The notes under the pieces were generated by a model that did not search any database, was not told the origin of the DNA, and worked only from the letters and a program-made list of their open reading frames with translations. DNA of 64,000 nt from Anolis carolinensis (taxonomy: Eukaryota). Made by a program: the position numbers and the translations under genes. Location: the NCBI RefSeq assembly GCF_035594765.1, contig NC_085844.1, forward strand, positions 236,918,107-236,982,106, in the 5' to 3' direction. Of the stretch, positions 38,986 through 51,749 are shown one piece after another. How positions within the stretch are numbered: position 1 is the first letter of the stretch; each line of letters opens with the position of its first letter.

Positions 38986-41900
38986 TCAAGGTATGATGGG
39001 GTCTCCATAACTGCAGTCTTCTTCCACACCCAAGTTGAAGTTATTGCCTTTTCCATTTTTATATGCACTCGTCACAATTCTAAACCAGCCGCGTTCCCCC
39101 TGCAAGATATTAATTAGTAAAGAAGTATTGGAAGGAGCCCAAGCTGAAGCAATTTTTTATGATCCTACTTTACAAATGCTTGTGCACCAAGAGTTAATTG
39201 GGTTATTCCTCTGGTTGCGGTGGGATATTTAGGTGTTCATGGTTGGATACAGAACAACATAGTATGACAGTTGATCAGTGAGAGCCACAAGGGTAGGCTA
39301 AGCATCCTTCCTAAAAGATTTAGACTAGGGATAACCAGTTTTCTGGTGGTGATTTATGTCACGGCCAGAAGTTAGTCTGGCTTGGCTGCTGCTGGGTGCT
39401 TGGAAAGAGTTAATCTGATTCAGCTTCTTGGGTCAAGATTACTTTTCCTTTTAAGGAATGCATCAGAGGCTTCTGTGATGATCTGTACAGGCTTGAATAA
39501 ATGAATAGCAACAAGAATCTCAGGATAAATAATGGGTCTGGAAGAGACAGCTGTTTGGTAACAGGTGACATAGTACCTTCGTAATTGTATCATAGACTTT
39601 GGCTGTTGTAGGAGCTGTGGTGGCGCGATGGGCTAAACCTTTTTCTGCTGAACGGCTGACCTGAAGGGTGAACTCCGTTTGTCAGATACAGTCCCTGTCA
39701 ACCTAGCAGTTTGAAAACATGTAATGTGAGTAGATAAATAGGCACCACTTCAGTGGGAAAAGGGCAAGGAGATGTTCAAAGCAATATTTCCAGCAACACA
39801 ATCAGGAGATGACAACACAGGCTCCTCAGCTTGAAAAATGGAGGAGAGCACCTCTGCAGAACCAGAGATGACGCACTGCCTCCAGAAGCCGGAAATGAAA
39901 AGGAGAAGCCCCTGCCTTTGTTGTGTTTGTGTGTCTCATTTGTATATGATTGTAATGGCATTGGATGTATGTAAATGCTGTAATCCATTCTGAGTCCCCT
40001 AGGGGAGAAGGGCAGAATATAAATAAAGTATGTTGTTGTTGTTGTTACCCTGGTTTAGAATGTTGGATCCTAACCTTGTTCCTTCAACTCCCTTTTGGAC
40101 TCCACCGCTTTTAAAAACTTGTCTTGTTGTTCCCTGAACCCTGGCATCTTGGTTGACCTTCTTGGATTTGACATATGGACTTGGACTTTTCTTTTACCCT
40201 TGACTATTTGACTCAACTTTGGAACTCTGAGTACGGTTTGCATTCTTGAACTCTGGAACACTATCCGAAGTGAACTCTCGCAACCTGACTTTTGGACTGC
40301 AGACTTAGCTACTGTTTGTTCTTGCTCCTGAACCGCCTCTATAGTATTTTCAGCCTTTGATCATGATTTGTGTAACCCTGGCTGTGTGCTGTATTTCGGT
40401 TTTGTCTGGTCAGATCCTTGAAAGACTTAAGGCTTTTGTTCTCAGTTTAAAGAAGTCTGGCCTTGGATCATTCTGTGTGTGTGTGTTTCTTTAATATATA
40501 AAACTCTGCCAGGGTTAGAGCTGCCCAGAACATGAGTTTCCCTTGAAATCTGATGGTAAGCATGGTATGTTTTGGTAAGTCTCAATTTATGATCAAGCTG
40601 CTTACATCCATGAATATAGTACATATCAAAGGTCTCTAAGGATCTTATTCCAAAGAAACAAAACCCCAGGAAACACTTGCACTGATGAAGTTTGCATTCT
40701 TCAGAAATCTGGAATGCAAAAGTGCATAAAAACATGGGCCACTTCTTGAAATTATAGATAAGTTTCCATTGGTGTTTAGCTACCACAGAACTGGTCCTGA
40801 GATCCTTCACATGAAGTGATCAATGAAGGTGTGACCAATGTCCTTTCTCACAGGTTGTAGCCCACAAGTATCTAAGCAAAATCTCACCCAGTGATGCAGT
40901 GAGGACTTGCCAATGAATGTCCTTATTTTGATTTCAACCTCTTTATAGTTGCTGTGACATGTGGTAGTGGAAAGGGGAATCACATATGGCCTCGTGGCCT
41001 CAAATCATATCAAGCTAGACTTGTCAGCTAATACTTCACATTCTGCATACTAACATAAAGATTACCATTTGTACAAAATCTTTCAGACATTGGAATGATT
41101 CAGCACAGTGTGATATCTAATCTTATGAATATTAAATGTAGCTATATGGATTATCAGAAGCACAAATGATAATTAAGTAAACCCCCCATAGTTTATTTCT
41201 CTGCACCACAAATGCACAATCTACAGCCTGGGGTCAGTAACTCTCCTCATGTTCTATGGTCCTTTCACACTATCCTATAGTTTTATGTTCTATTTTAATA
41301 GCCCTGGTAACAACCTAAGTCTATATGTGTCCATACATTTACTTGACAGCTGTAATTTTGGACCCAGCCATCCCCAGCCTACACTGCTCAGGACTAAAAA
41401 GGGTCTACCTGCCTCTTGCATCCCCTTTGATAGTATAATGTTCATCATCTTCACACCCACCATGGACTTTATTCATCCAACTCAAGCCTTTAAAGAGCCA
41501 CACACTCATCTCAATTTTGCTTCCTCTGCCTGTCTTACCCAGGGCTCGCCCCAAGAGTTGCGGACAATCCAATATTCGATTCCGTTTTCTACTCCCCAGC
41601 CAGAAACACTGACAACGTGGTTTGCCATTGCTGTCTCATTGTATTCAGTAAAAATGCCTCCTGTGTATTCATCCAGCTTTGGAGTCTGCATAATTGTACA
41701 GCTGTTTAAAAACAACAACAAAACACCAGTTTAAAGATGCCACTGAGATTAAATGTATACTCTACACCAGTGGTTCCCAACCTTTTTTTTGACCAGGGAC
41801 CACTTTGACCAGGGACCACTCTCCAACATTAGTATCAAAAGGATTACAAATCAGTTTTTGGTCAACTTTAGATTCAGCTTGGTTATCTGGGATGCCGATT

Positions 41901-44900
41901 CAGAAAATTGCACTGAATAGACCACATCAACTCTAGTGTCTATCCAGTTGCTGCCATCTGCTCGCCCACTAAAAACCATATTTAATAATCTAGAGCTGAT
42001 GTGGTCAATTCAATGCAATTTCTGAATCAGCACCCAAAGAATCCCAGGAACAGGCCTAAAAATGAAGACACCAAGGTGTCTTTGCTTCCAGGTGCCTCAT
42101 GGAATGGCTCCACTCAGGGGGAGGGTGGAGGAGGAGAAGCAGCAGTCAGGAGGCTTATTGTCACACCTTTCGTGGGTTGTCTACCTCTCCCCTCCCGACA
42201 TCCTCCTCATGGCCTTGGCACTATAAGAGGGTGGTGCACGACCAGCTGCTCTCGTTGCAACGGTGTAGCAATGGTGAGGCCACGGAACATATTTTAGTTC
42301 TTGGAGACCTCTGGTGGTTCATGGACCACAGGTTGGAAACCACTGCTCTAGACACTGCTGTTGAAATAAAGGGTCATATCCTGATGATCTCAGAACACTG
42401 AAACCCATGATAAGAAAAAAAATCTAACAGGCTCACAACCACACTCCAAGGCCGTGTAACAAAGCTCTTCCATTAACCTGAAGGTAGTGCCACAAAATAT
42501 CATGTCAACTACCACCACTGATTCCTCATCCTCATAAAATAAATCAGTGAGGTAGTTCAGCTTGTTTTAACTCCTTTTGTAGTTGGATTCACCACTCACT
42601 AGAAGAAATGAAATGGAAGGAATGAACTGTTCTATTAGCCAATCAACTTCTGCTCAAAGTCTGAAAGAAATAACATGAGCAAATAACAGAGCAAATAACA
42701 TGAAACAGTGGTATCATCACAGCATGTGGACAATACAATCTCCTCAGTAGAGGTTACACCAAAATGACTTGCCTATAAATATCAGTGAAGCAGAAATTTA
42801 CTATCATTTTTTAAAATACCTCTGCATTTAGATATAACCATGAAAATATTTTCATAACCCATTTTACCCTTTCATAACCCATCATAACCCTATGCTAATT
42901 TCTTTTTTGATACCTTCTAATAATTTGTAGTCACTCCATTCAGAACTGTCATTATTACCTAATGACAATGGTGGTGCAAGACAAATAGTTTCATCTGTAC
43001 ATGCTGGTTTTTCATAATTGTTGATTTTGTCAAATTATGATATATTAGTTGCAATATTGTGGAGTGGTATGTCTCCGGTACTGAAATTAGAGGTTGTCTT
43101 ATAATCAATGGTGTTGCAGAATTGAAGAAATATGGTATTATCTAGTCACTGTCTATAAAGACTTCATTTCTTTACCTGATTGGTCCATTTGCATAGATTT
43201 CTCTCATCATATCTTCTCGCCCTCTGATAGATCCATAATCTCCCACTTTCCAGAGGGTATAGTTCTTTACTACATAACATTTGTCGAAAATAACACATGT
43301 CCCACACTGTGTAAACTCCTTGCACTCTGCAAAAATGTTAGTAAGAGAAAGCTTTGACTGACATGGACAGTTGCCTTTCATCCAGTAACAAAAAGAGTGC
43401 AATTAAATTCTCCAATGCCTTCCTGTCATCTGGATTTGATCATTTTTTACTTATATATTTATGTATAGAGCTACTTTAGCAGGCTCCTCTTCAACTCATA
43501 TAGCAAATGGGTCACAAGAATTAGAGAACAATGGAAGAGGCAGAATCCTGCCCTTCTCTGTTTTCTACCAGTAATTTTCTTTTCCATTTTGAACTCCATT
43601 CGCAGCAAATGAAGTTAACCAAGAATAAAGGAGGGAAATGAGAGATGGAAAGGAAAAACTAGAAGATTTCTAAAGTATCTGAAAAGGCAGCCAGTCAAAG
43701 GATAAATCGAGGCAACAGAGTCAGGCCCTGGACCTCTTCCAGAAGGAAATGCCAGTCACCTTTCCTGTGTTTGCCAGGCGCAGAATGTTTGCAAATTCCA
43801 ATGTGCATTCTCTGAATACTGTACTTTTCTGTTTTATTTGTGAGTTAAACAATTCTGACTAGCAAACAGAATTTACGATAGAGTAGAAAAATAAAAGAAA
43901 TCCAGGACTTACCTTGATCCTCAGCTACATAATTGCTGCATGTCTCATCCGGGATGCCATGGTTATGGGCATAAAACCACACGTAATAATCATATCCACC
44001 CTTGCAAGACCCAGCACCAGAACAATCCACAACATGCTGAACAGAGAGAAAAGCAGAGGGCCAGGCCCCTTTTCTCTTGATGTTGATGCGGTCTGAGAAG
44101 TGGAGGCAAACAACAGTTGGTTAAAGGCACAAATAGAAACTTCCAATATTCTGCAGATTGTATAATATCTTACAGTTCTAATACAACGAGTGGAATTTGC
44201 ATCTCTATCAAGCCATGCCCTTGCCTAGAACACACTATACAAAATTCTCATTTTGGTTTGAGAATATTATTTGTTTTCCACTGACAATGTGATAGCCTGC
44301 CTATCCCCAGTTTTCCTCTAAGGTTTGTTTGTCTTCCTCTGAAACTTCTTCAAGTTTGCTGATATCTCCTTGTAGGGTACTCGAAGTCATAGAAGGCTAC
44401 ACAGAGATCTGCACTCAGAGAAATTATTTCAGTGACACAAGATAGTAATGTTGGGATTTGCCCTGTTAAGGGATACCCTCAGTGATGCTAGGAGCAACAT
44501 TCACTTTGCTAATTCCGCTGACAATCAGGAATACCATTCCCACAAATATCAGCGAATGAGGCAAAGTGTTGGCATGATAAAAGTCTCACCTGGAACCAAT
44601 CTGAGTGTGACCTCTGGGCACCTTTGTGTGCATCTGATCTCGTCACCGAAAGCCAGGACACGAAACAGATCAAGGTTTGCCCTGAATGCACATGACTACT
44701 TTGAGTCTCCTTCAGGCTGAGAAAGGTGGGGTATAAATCAAGTAAATAAATAACAGGCACATACCGGCCAGGGCGCTGGTGGTGCCGTGAGCCCAGCAAG
44801 ATCCACAGAACTGTGGGACGCCCTGGTTGCGAGTAGGACTTGCGTAATTGACGCCATTCACGTTTCGCCAGTCCCACCTCTTGGGGATTTCTGACATCTT

Positions 44901-45544
44901 CAGGTATTCATGTGGACGAGGGTAAGTTCTGTGATGTAAGAAACAGGATGGAGACTGTTAGAAATTTTCTAAAGTCAGACAAGAGTCATAGCATTTCCTT
45001 CTCCATCTTAAGAAGTGGAAGCCAGAAATAAATTAGAATCATAGAGCTTGAAATGATCCCAAGAGCCATCCAGTCCAACACTGTTCTGCCATGCAGGAAT
45101 ACGCAACCAAGCCATGTCTGACAGATGGCCATCCAGCCTCTGCGTAAAAACTTCCAAGTAAGGAGATTCAACTTCACTCCGAGTTAACTGTTACTGTGAA
45201 CTTAACAGCAACAAAGCCACTGGTGGGCAAACTGTACCTAGCAAAATGCTCTCTTCTACCCAAATATCAAAGATAAAAGAGGCTTTTCCCCCCTCTTCCG
45301 TACACTCTGTGTGGCAGAGCAGGTTGCCAGATGTAAGATCTAGGCTGGACTATAGGGATAAGGAGGAGCAGGGTTACCTGGGATTGTCACCTTACCTGAC
45401 TCCTTGAATCCTGTGTGGCATTGGTTTGTAGCAACTTTCCCCTTCCTTGAAATGGACAGTAGCAGCTGATACAGGAGAATGGCAGACATAGGCACACAGC
45501 AGTAGCGCCAGGATAAAGAAGGGCAAGTGGGCATTTACGGGCAT
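38986..45544 (-). CDS. Cathepsin Z-like paralogue C (306 aa, intact; alternative in-frame ATG at 45553); exons 45544-45396, 44928-44765, 44092-43913, 43326-43176, 41701-41539, 39099-38986
   Basis: Same exon sizes and phases. [17 protein letters not shown]; [11 protein letters not shown]; ANHVV; RNSW; [12 protein letters not shown]. All introns GT-AG. Confidence 0.93.
41768..42345. mobile_element. Non-autonomous hAT element in intron 4 of C
   Basis: TIR cagtggtt(c/t)ccaacct and 8-bp TSD ctctacac/ctctagac. Confidence 0.8.
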
Positions 45545-47074
45545 GGCTCCCATCTCTTGTGACAGTCCCAGCAAAAGTAGGATGCACACGGCTCCAACAG
45601 ACCTACGGGAAAAAAGATATCTCCATAGATTGCAGCATTAAAAATATTACAATGAGACATTGTTAAAGCAGGAACTGTGCTTCTACCTTCTTTTGTCGTT
45701 TTCTTTGCCCTGGCTACTATGAAATGCAGCTGGTCAGAGGGTTCCTTCCTTTTCTGTATTGTCCAGCCTGTCAGAGAAGTCAAAGATGGAATTGAATTGT
45801 TGCATCATCTGAGCAGCCGTTTTATATAGTTTCCGTCATTCCTATCTCGACTTCAGTATCTGTACTGATTGCCATCTGCACTAATATGTTCAACTGCCAA
45901 AATACTCATGCAGTCTTTCAACAGTAAACTATGAACTGCCCACAAGAATGTTCTTATTTTTCACTGTATCCCAGCATATGTTTAGCTAGCCTTTTTCTGT
46001 TGGTTTTCTTGGAGGTGGTGTGTTGCCTTCATCCATGTCAACTGGCATTCATGATTGTCATGATTTCAACTTGTCTTTCAGTTGCTGCCATTGTTTCCAG
46101 AGGGCAATTTCATAATCTATTTGCACACTATTTTGCCCTTATACACATGACCCATGAACTATTAGGATAGCTCTTTCTAAAAATTGTAATGTGATTTTTG
46201 GTTGCACATGAATTTTTATCTTATCATTACCATCTGGACAGATTGCCATCTGAACTGACAGCCACATTCTTTCCAATTGGCAAAATATATACTCTCTTTT
46301 TCTTATTTTTAATCACTATCCCTAAAGGTGTTTTTCTATTCTCCATTTCTAACTACATTTATATGGTTCATCTTACATAAGGGCAGGAACCCATTTAAAA
46401 TTAAGACTTCAGTTAGCAATAATATTTGAGTGGTGGCAGCTGCATTAAAGACAGATCCAAAAGTGAGTTTAGGGTGAAGGGAAGCCCATACATTCCTTAT
46501 TATAAACTTGACAGTTTAAAAACCCTTTTGGAGCTGAGCTATTCTTACTGTTTCTCACCTTACTGTGGGAGCATCTATATGATAGAATTAACATAGTTTG
46601 ACACCATTTTAACTTTCATGGTGCAGTGCTATGGAATCCTGGGATTCTGCCTTTTGTGGAATTTCCACAAAACACTGAAAATATGTACAATTGCGGGGGG
46701 GGGGGGGGAGCCTATTAATTACTGAAAACTAGAGAGAGCTCTTGGCAGAAGAAGGGATTTTAGTAGGGTTTCTTGGATGAATGATGAGCAGTAACTGCTG
46801 AAATTTCCTCTTCTGCCAGCTGTTAAAGGTACAGGAGCCTTCCTAATTTTTTTTATCTGGCAATCCCAGACTTTGCAATTCAGGTACAGAGTGAGAATGA
46901 GACAGGCATATATAAAAAGCATACTGTAATGTCAATCCTTGTTTCATACAGGAAATTGGGGAATTATAACTTGGCCACCTGCTGAAATTCCCTCTTATTA
47001 GAGGAGCCTATTTTCTCCCTTTGATTAAAAACTTCACTTTGTTGTTGCTGGTTTCATTTTTGGGTGCTTTCAAG

Positions 47075-47367
47075 CAGGGCCGTAGCCAGAAAAAAATTTC
47101 GGGAGGGGTTTTGAAAATTTGGGGGGGGGGTTGTTGAACCCCGACCCACCAGCCCCCCCCCCCCCCCCCGGGTTCAGACCTGTCAATATCTGCTTGAGAT
47201 AGTGCCTGGAGGGACTCTTAATGTTTTACGTCTCATAGACTTAGCATGGGGATTTGGTTAACCAGTTAAAATTCATGAGTAAACCAGGTTGTTTTTGTTA
47301 ACCTGAAAAATTTCGGGGGGGTGGGGGTTGAACCCCTAACCCACCCACCCCCCTCGTTACAGGCCTG
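47075..47367. mobile_element. Non-autonomous hAT element
   Basis: cagggc...ggcctg termini and perfect 8-bp TSD ctttcaag. Confidence 0.75.
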
Positions 47368-49379
47368 CTTTCAAGTCATTTCCATCTTAGTGTAACCCAA
47401 AGGTGAAACCATCATGATGTTTTCTTGGCCATAATGATTCAGAGGGGTTTTTGCCTTTTCCTTCCTCTGAGTCTGAGAAAATGTGATTTGAGTAATGTCA
47501 CCTATTGGGTTTCCATGGCTGAGCACAGATTCAAAGTCAAGAGTTTGATGCTCAAACTACTGCGCTATACTGTCTCTCACAAAACCCACTTGCTGGTTCT
47601 TTTTAAATATGCAGTTGTATATATCTGACACATTGGTCTCCTTCCCCATGTTCCATCCACCTCTGCTACAAAGCACATGGATTTTGAAAGGCTTGTTCTT
47701 TTTGACATTTTGGAAAATGTTCAAGAAAGATGACATTAATACTGGTAAAAAATTGATAATGATTTCAGAGAAAAGGGTTAATTAACAAATGCTCTGAATA
47801 AAACAAGTGTCTGCAGACTTGTGACCAGCTGATAAGGGCTTCCACATTATTAACAGCTGTTGTCCATTTAAGGATATGGTTAAAGAAGTCGTTGTACTAT
47901 AATTATATTTCCTGTACAAGTAGATGTCATTTGGACAGGGTTGCCAGAGTGGCTCTGATCTCTTTCATGGTTGTGCTAAATAAGACTTTCATTAAGGGTT
48001 GCTTGTTACCAGCTTGCATGACAATCAATGACAGCTGAAATTCCCTCTTCTAAACAATCATTTAAAGATATAGGAATTATCTCCAATTTTCAAGATTGGC
48101 AACATTAATACACCAAACATATATCAGCTTGCCAGATAGCAATGGGAGACTCTACCAGGAAGACCTTGCAAATATGGAATAAATATTATCCACCAATATA
48201 CATTGGCCAATATGTTTCTGGATATGAGCTCAACAAGGCTAGCTCTTGAGCCAACTGGCTCAGGTGGCAGCTGCCATTAGTCCTTTTGAACTCTTCCTCC
48301 CTAGCACTAAAGTAGCCTAGCTGCCCATAGGTATGGTCAATGACGCTATCCTTTTCTGAATATTGGAGTAAAGTTCTGTACCCAGCAGTGAAAGAGGAGC
48401 GTCTTCTTATTTCATAATGGCGTATGAGAGTTTAATATCTCTAATATCTTTAGCAAAAAAAGGCAAGAAAGAAAAGCAGAGGTGTCCTTCACATCTTCTT
48501 CCTTGCTACACCTAGTGAAGTGAGCTGGAGTCTAGGAAACCTTCTGCTCAATAAAATGTGATTCTGCTTTAACCATTTTGACAGCATCCTATGGAAACCT
48601 ATGGAATCCAGGGATTTGTAATTTAGCATTCTCTGCCAGAGAGCGCCAATTTATTTATTTACAGTATTTATATTCCGCCCTTCTCACCCCGAAGGGGACT
48701 CAGGGCGGATGACATTATACACACATAGGGCAAACATTCAATGCCCATAAACTATCAAACAGAGACCGAGACAGACAGATGCAGAGGCAATTTAACCTTC
48801 TCCTGAGGGGATGTTTGATTCTGGCCACAGGGGGGAGCAGCTGCTTCATCATCCACTCTGACGGCACTTCCTCATTCCAGGTCATAAATTAGTTAAACTT
48901 GCCTCCCCACTTTTTTTATAAGTGGTTCCTTATTTCCTACTTGATAGATGCAACTATCTTTCGGGTTGCCAGGTTTATTTTTTATTTTTAATTGACGGGT
49001 GCTTACCCCGCCACGGGCTGGCCTCGAACTCATGACCTCATGGTCAGAGTGATTTATTGCAGCTGCTCAACAGCCTGCACCACAGCCCGGCCCAATGCCG
49101 TCTTAAACTTTCAGGATTCCCTAGGCACCAGCTCCAGCAGTTAAAGTGGAATATAGTATTTTAATTGTGAAATGTGAATGGGTCTTGCATGTGCCAAAAT
49201 AATTATGAAATTCCTAGAGCAAGCATGGGCAAACTTCAGCCCTCCAGGTTTTTTGGACTGCAACTCCCACCATTCCTAACAGCCTACCAGATGTTAGGAA
49301 TTGTGGGAGTTGAAGTCCAAAACACCTGGAAGGCCCAAGTTTGCCCATGGCTGTCCTAGAGTGAGAATTGGAGATGTAT

Positions 49380-49885
49380 CTCCCTCTATGAACCATCTCG
49401 GAGTCTAAGATCGTCCAGGGAGGCCCTGCTCTTGGTCTTGCCTTCATTGCAGGAGCGATTGACGGGAACAAGAGGCAGGGCCTTCTCGGTGGTGGCCCCT
49501 CGGCTGTGGAACTCCCTCCCCAGGGAGATTAGATCAGCCCCCTCCTTCCTGACCTTCTGTAAAAAAAGTGAAGACATAGCTTTTTGACCAAGCCTTTGGA
49601 GATCTGGTGCAATAATAGATACGAAAGACGTGCAACTGACTACTGGAACTGCCTGGAATATGCCTATGGATCACGTGAATTACTCTATTGCATTGGGTTA
49701 AATGCTTTTAATTGTTTTAATTGTATCTTATTATTTTATTTTATTTTGAATTGTCATTTTATTGTACACTGTTTTTAAAGGGATTGAATTGTTGCCTATG
49801 CTGTATAGCTGCCTTAGTCCCCTCTGGGGTTGAGAAAGGCAGGGTAAAAGTGCTGTAAATAAATAAATAAACAAATAAATAAATA
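49380..49885 (+). mobile_element. L2 LINE 3' end
   Basis: RAFSVVAPRLWNSLP coding remnant, stem-loop tail and (taaa)n. Confidence 0.8.
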
Positions 49886-50127
49886 TTGTATTACTAATCA
49901 TTGTATAGTAGAGGAAATTTCAACAGGTGCTTCTTCTAATCTGTAATACCTACTAAACATCTCCTTCTATGACTATTAAACTCACAGTTGCTCTCTCCAT
50001 TTTTCACTGCCAAACCTAAAAAACACTGAGGGCATTTTCACATTACATAAATATAATGCCACTTTAACTTTTGTGGTGTCATCCCACAGAAGGAAAAAAA
50101 ACTAAAGTGGGATTTGTAGTTTAAAAA

Positions 50128-50450
50128 GGTAAAGGTTTCCCCTGACGTTAAGTCCAGTCATGTCTGACTCTGGGGGTTGGTGCTCATCTCCATTTCTAAG
50201 CCAAAGAGCCGGCATTGTCCGTAGACACCTCCAAGGTCATGTGGCTGGCATGATTGCAGGGAGCGCCGTTACCTTCCCACTGGAGCAGTACCTATTGATC
50301 TACTCACATTGGCATGTTTTCGAACTGCTAGGTTGCCAGAAGCTAGAGCTTACAGTGGGCGCTCACTCTGCTCCCCGCATTTGAACCTGAGACCTTTTGG
50401 TCTGCAAGTTCAGCAGCTCAGCGCTTTAACACACGGAGCCACCGGAGGCT
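50128..50450 (-). mobile_element. Sauria SINE
   Basis: Full-length consensus with an acctttacct tail. Confidence 0.8.
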
Positions 50451-51749
50451 CAGTTTAGGGAGGGGTATTTAAAATTGTAATCAAATGTCACTCCATATCT
50501 CTGCCATTGCTCCAGCTGCTGTCCCTTTTCCTCCAATGCTATTTCCATCGGAATATATTTGTCCCCCATTCTGGCATCTGTATGTTTAAAGGGGGCTTAA
50601 TGCCTTCTTTCTCTTTCTTCATATAAGCAAACTGTCATGTGAGGAAACCTTGTATACAGAGCTTGCAAAATATAACTTTCTGGGCTGCAGATCTCACAAT
50701 CTTCCAGCCATTATGGACACTGGCATTGCTATGTGAGCGATTTGGGCAGTTGCAGTCATTATGCTTTAAACTAAACTTCTTATTTTTGCCAAACTTTGCC
50801 TGCATCACATATCACACTCCAATACGGCTGCTGTGCAGAAGCGACACAAATGCTGACAAAGAGTGTGCTGAGAGATAGCAAAACCTCTTCACTATCAGGA
50901 GGAGACATATGTGACTATGGCTTTTCCACGGGGGCTGGGACATCAGGGCCATGAAACCTTGTTTTCAGGGCTCTGTCAATGGTCAAAGAGTGCTGAGTAC
51001 TATTTAGATGGAGGAAGTAGCCAGTATGTGTATTTATGTGCAAATTGACCATCTCTTAATTGGAATTTCAAAATCTGAAATATTCCAAAATGCAAAATTG
51101 TCCACATAGGTATTTGAGATAGTGACACCTTTGGTTTCTGGTGGATTTTTTTTTCATGCACCGAATTATTAAAACTATTGTATAAAATTGCAATGTGTAT
51201 ATGAAACATAAATGAATGTTGTGTTTAGACTTAGATCCCATCTCATTATGAATATGCAAGTATTCCAAAATCAGGAAAAAATCGAAAACATTTCTGGTCC
51301 AATTTCTGGTTTTGGAAATTTGATTTTCATCTTGTAATTCAAGTAATTTTTAGTCTGCTCTTATCTCATCCCTTCAACTGTCAACTTTGATAGGGACAGT
51401 TCATATTTCCCCCCACTTTTTCAGCTGATTTTTAAATGTCCCAGCTTCTGTCTTCCTCTATCTCTTTCCCCATTTGCACTCAGTTTATTTCAATCGATGA
51501 AAACTGATCTCAAAGTGCCAAAATAGTTTTCACTTGGTAAACTCAGCATGGGTCTTGCAAGTGTTGTGAGTGCCATATCAGAGCTCTTGTTAGTCAGCAA
51601 AATGGGAGGTGTCGGACACTCCCTCTTCTTGATGCATTTTCCCTCATTCACTATACAAGACACATTTCGCAGGAGTGATTCTTTTCCCCCCAGAAAGGAC
51701 ATCTTAGGGGAGAAACGGAGTCAATTCACATTGCTGAATCCTTTACAAA

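Larger units (their letters stand above)
13612..46730. repeat. Tandem segmental triplication: units A ~13612-26940, B ~26941-36902, C ~36903-46730
   Basis: Each unit starts with caacagatg(g/a)ccatcctatctctatt... Introns, 3' UTR and upstream flanks align colinearly apart from unit-specific TE insertions and deletions. Confidence 0.88.

Noticed and set aside
14027-45544. Possibility that A, B and C are pseudogenes or mis-assembled haplotypes
   Set aside because: All 18 exons are open with intact splice sites, and the units differ by many substitutions and independent TE insertions.
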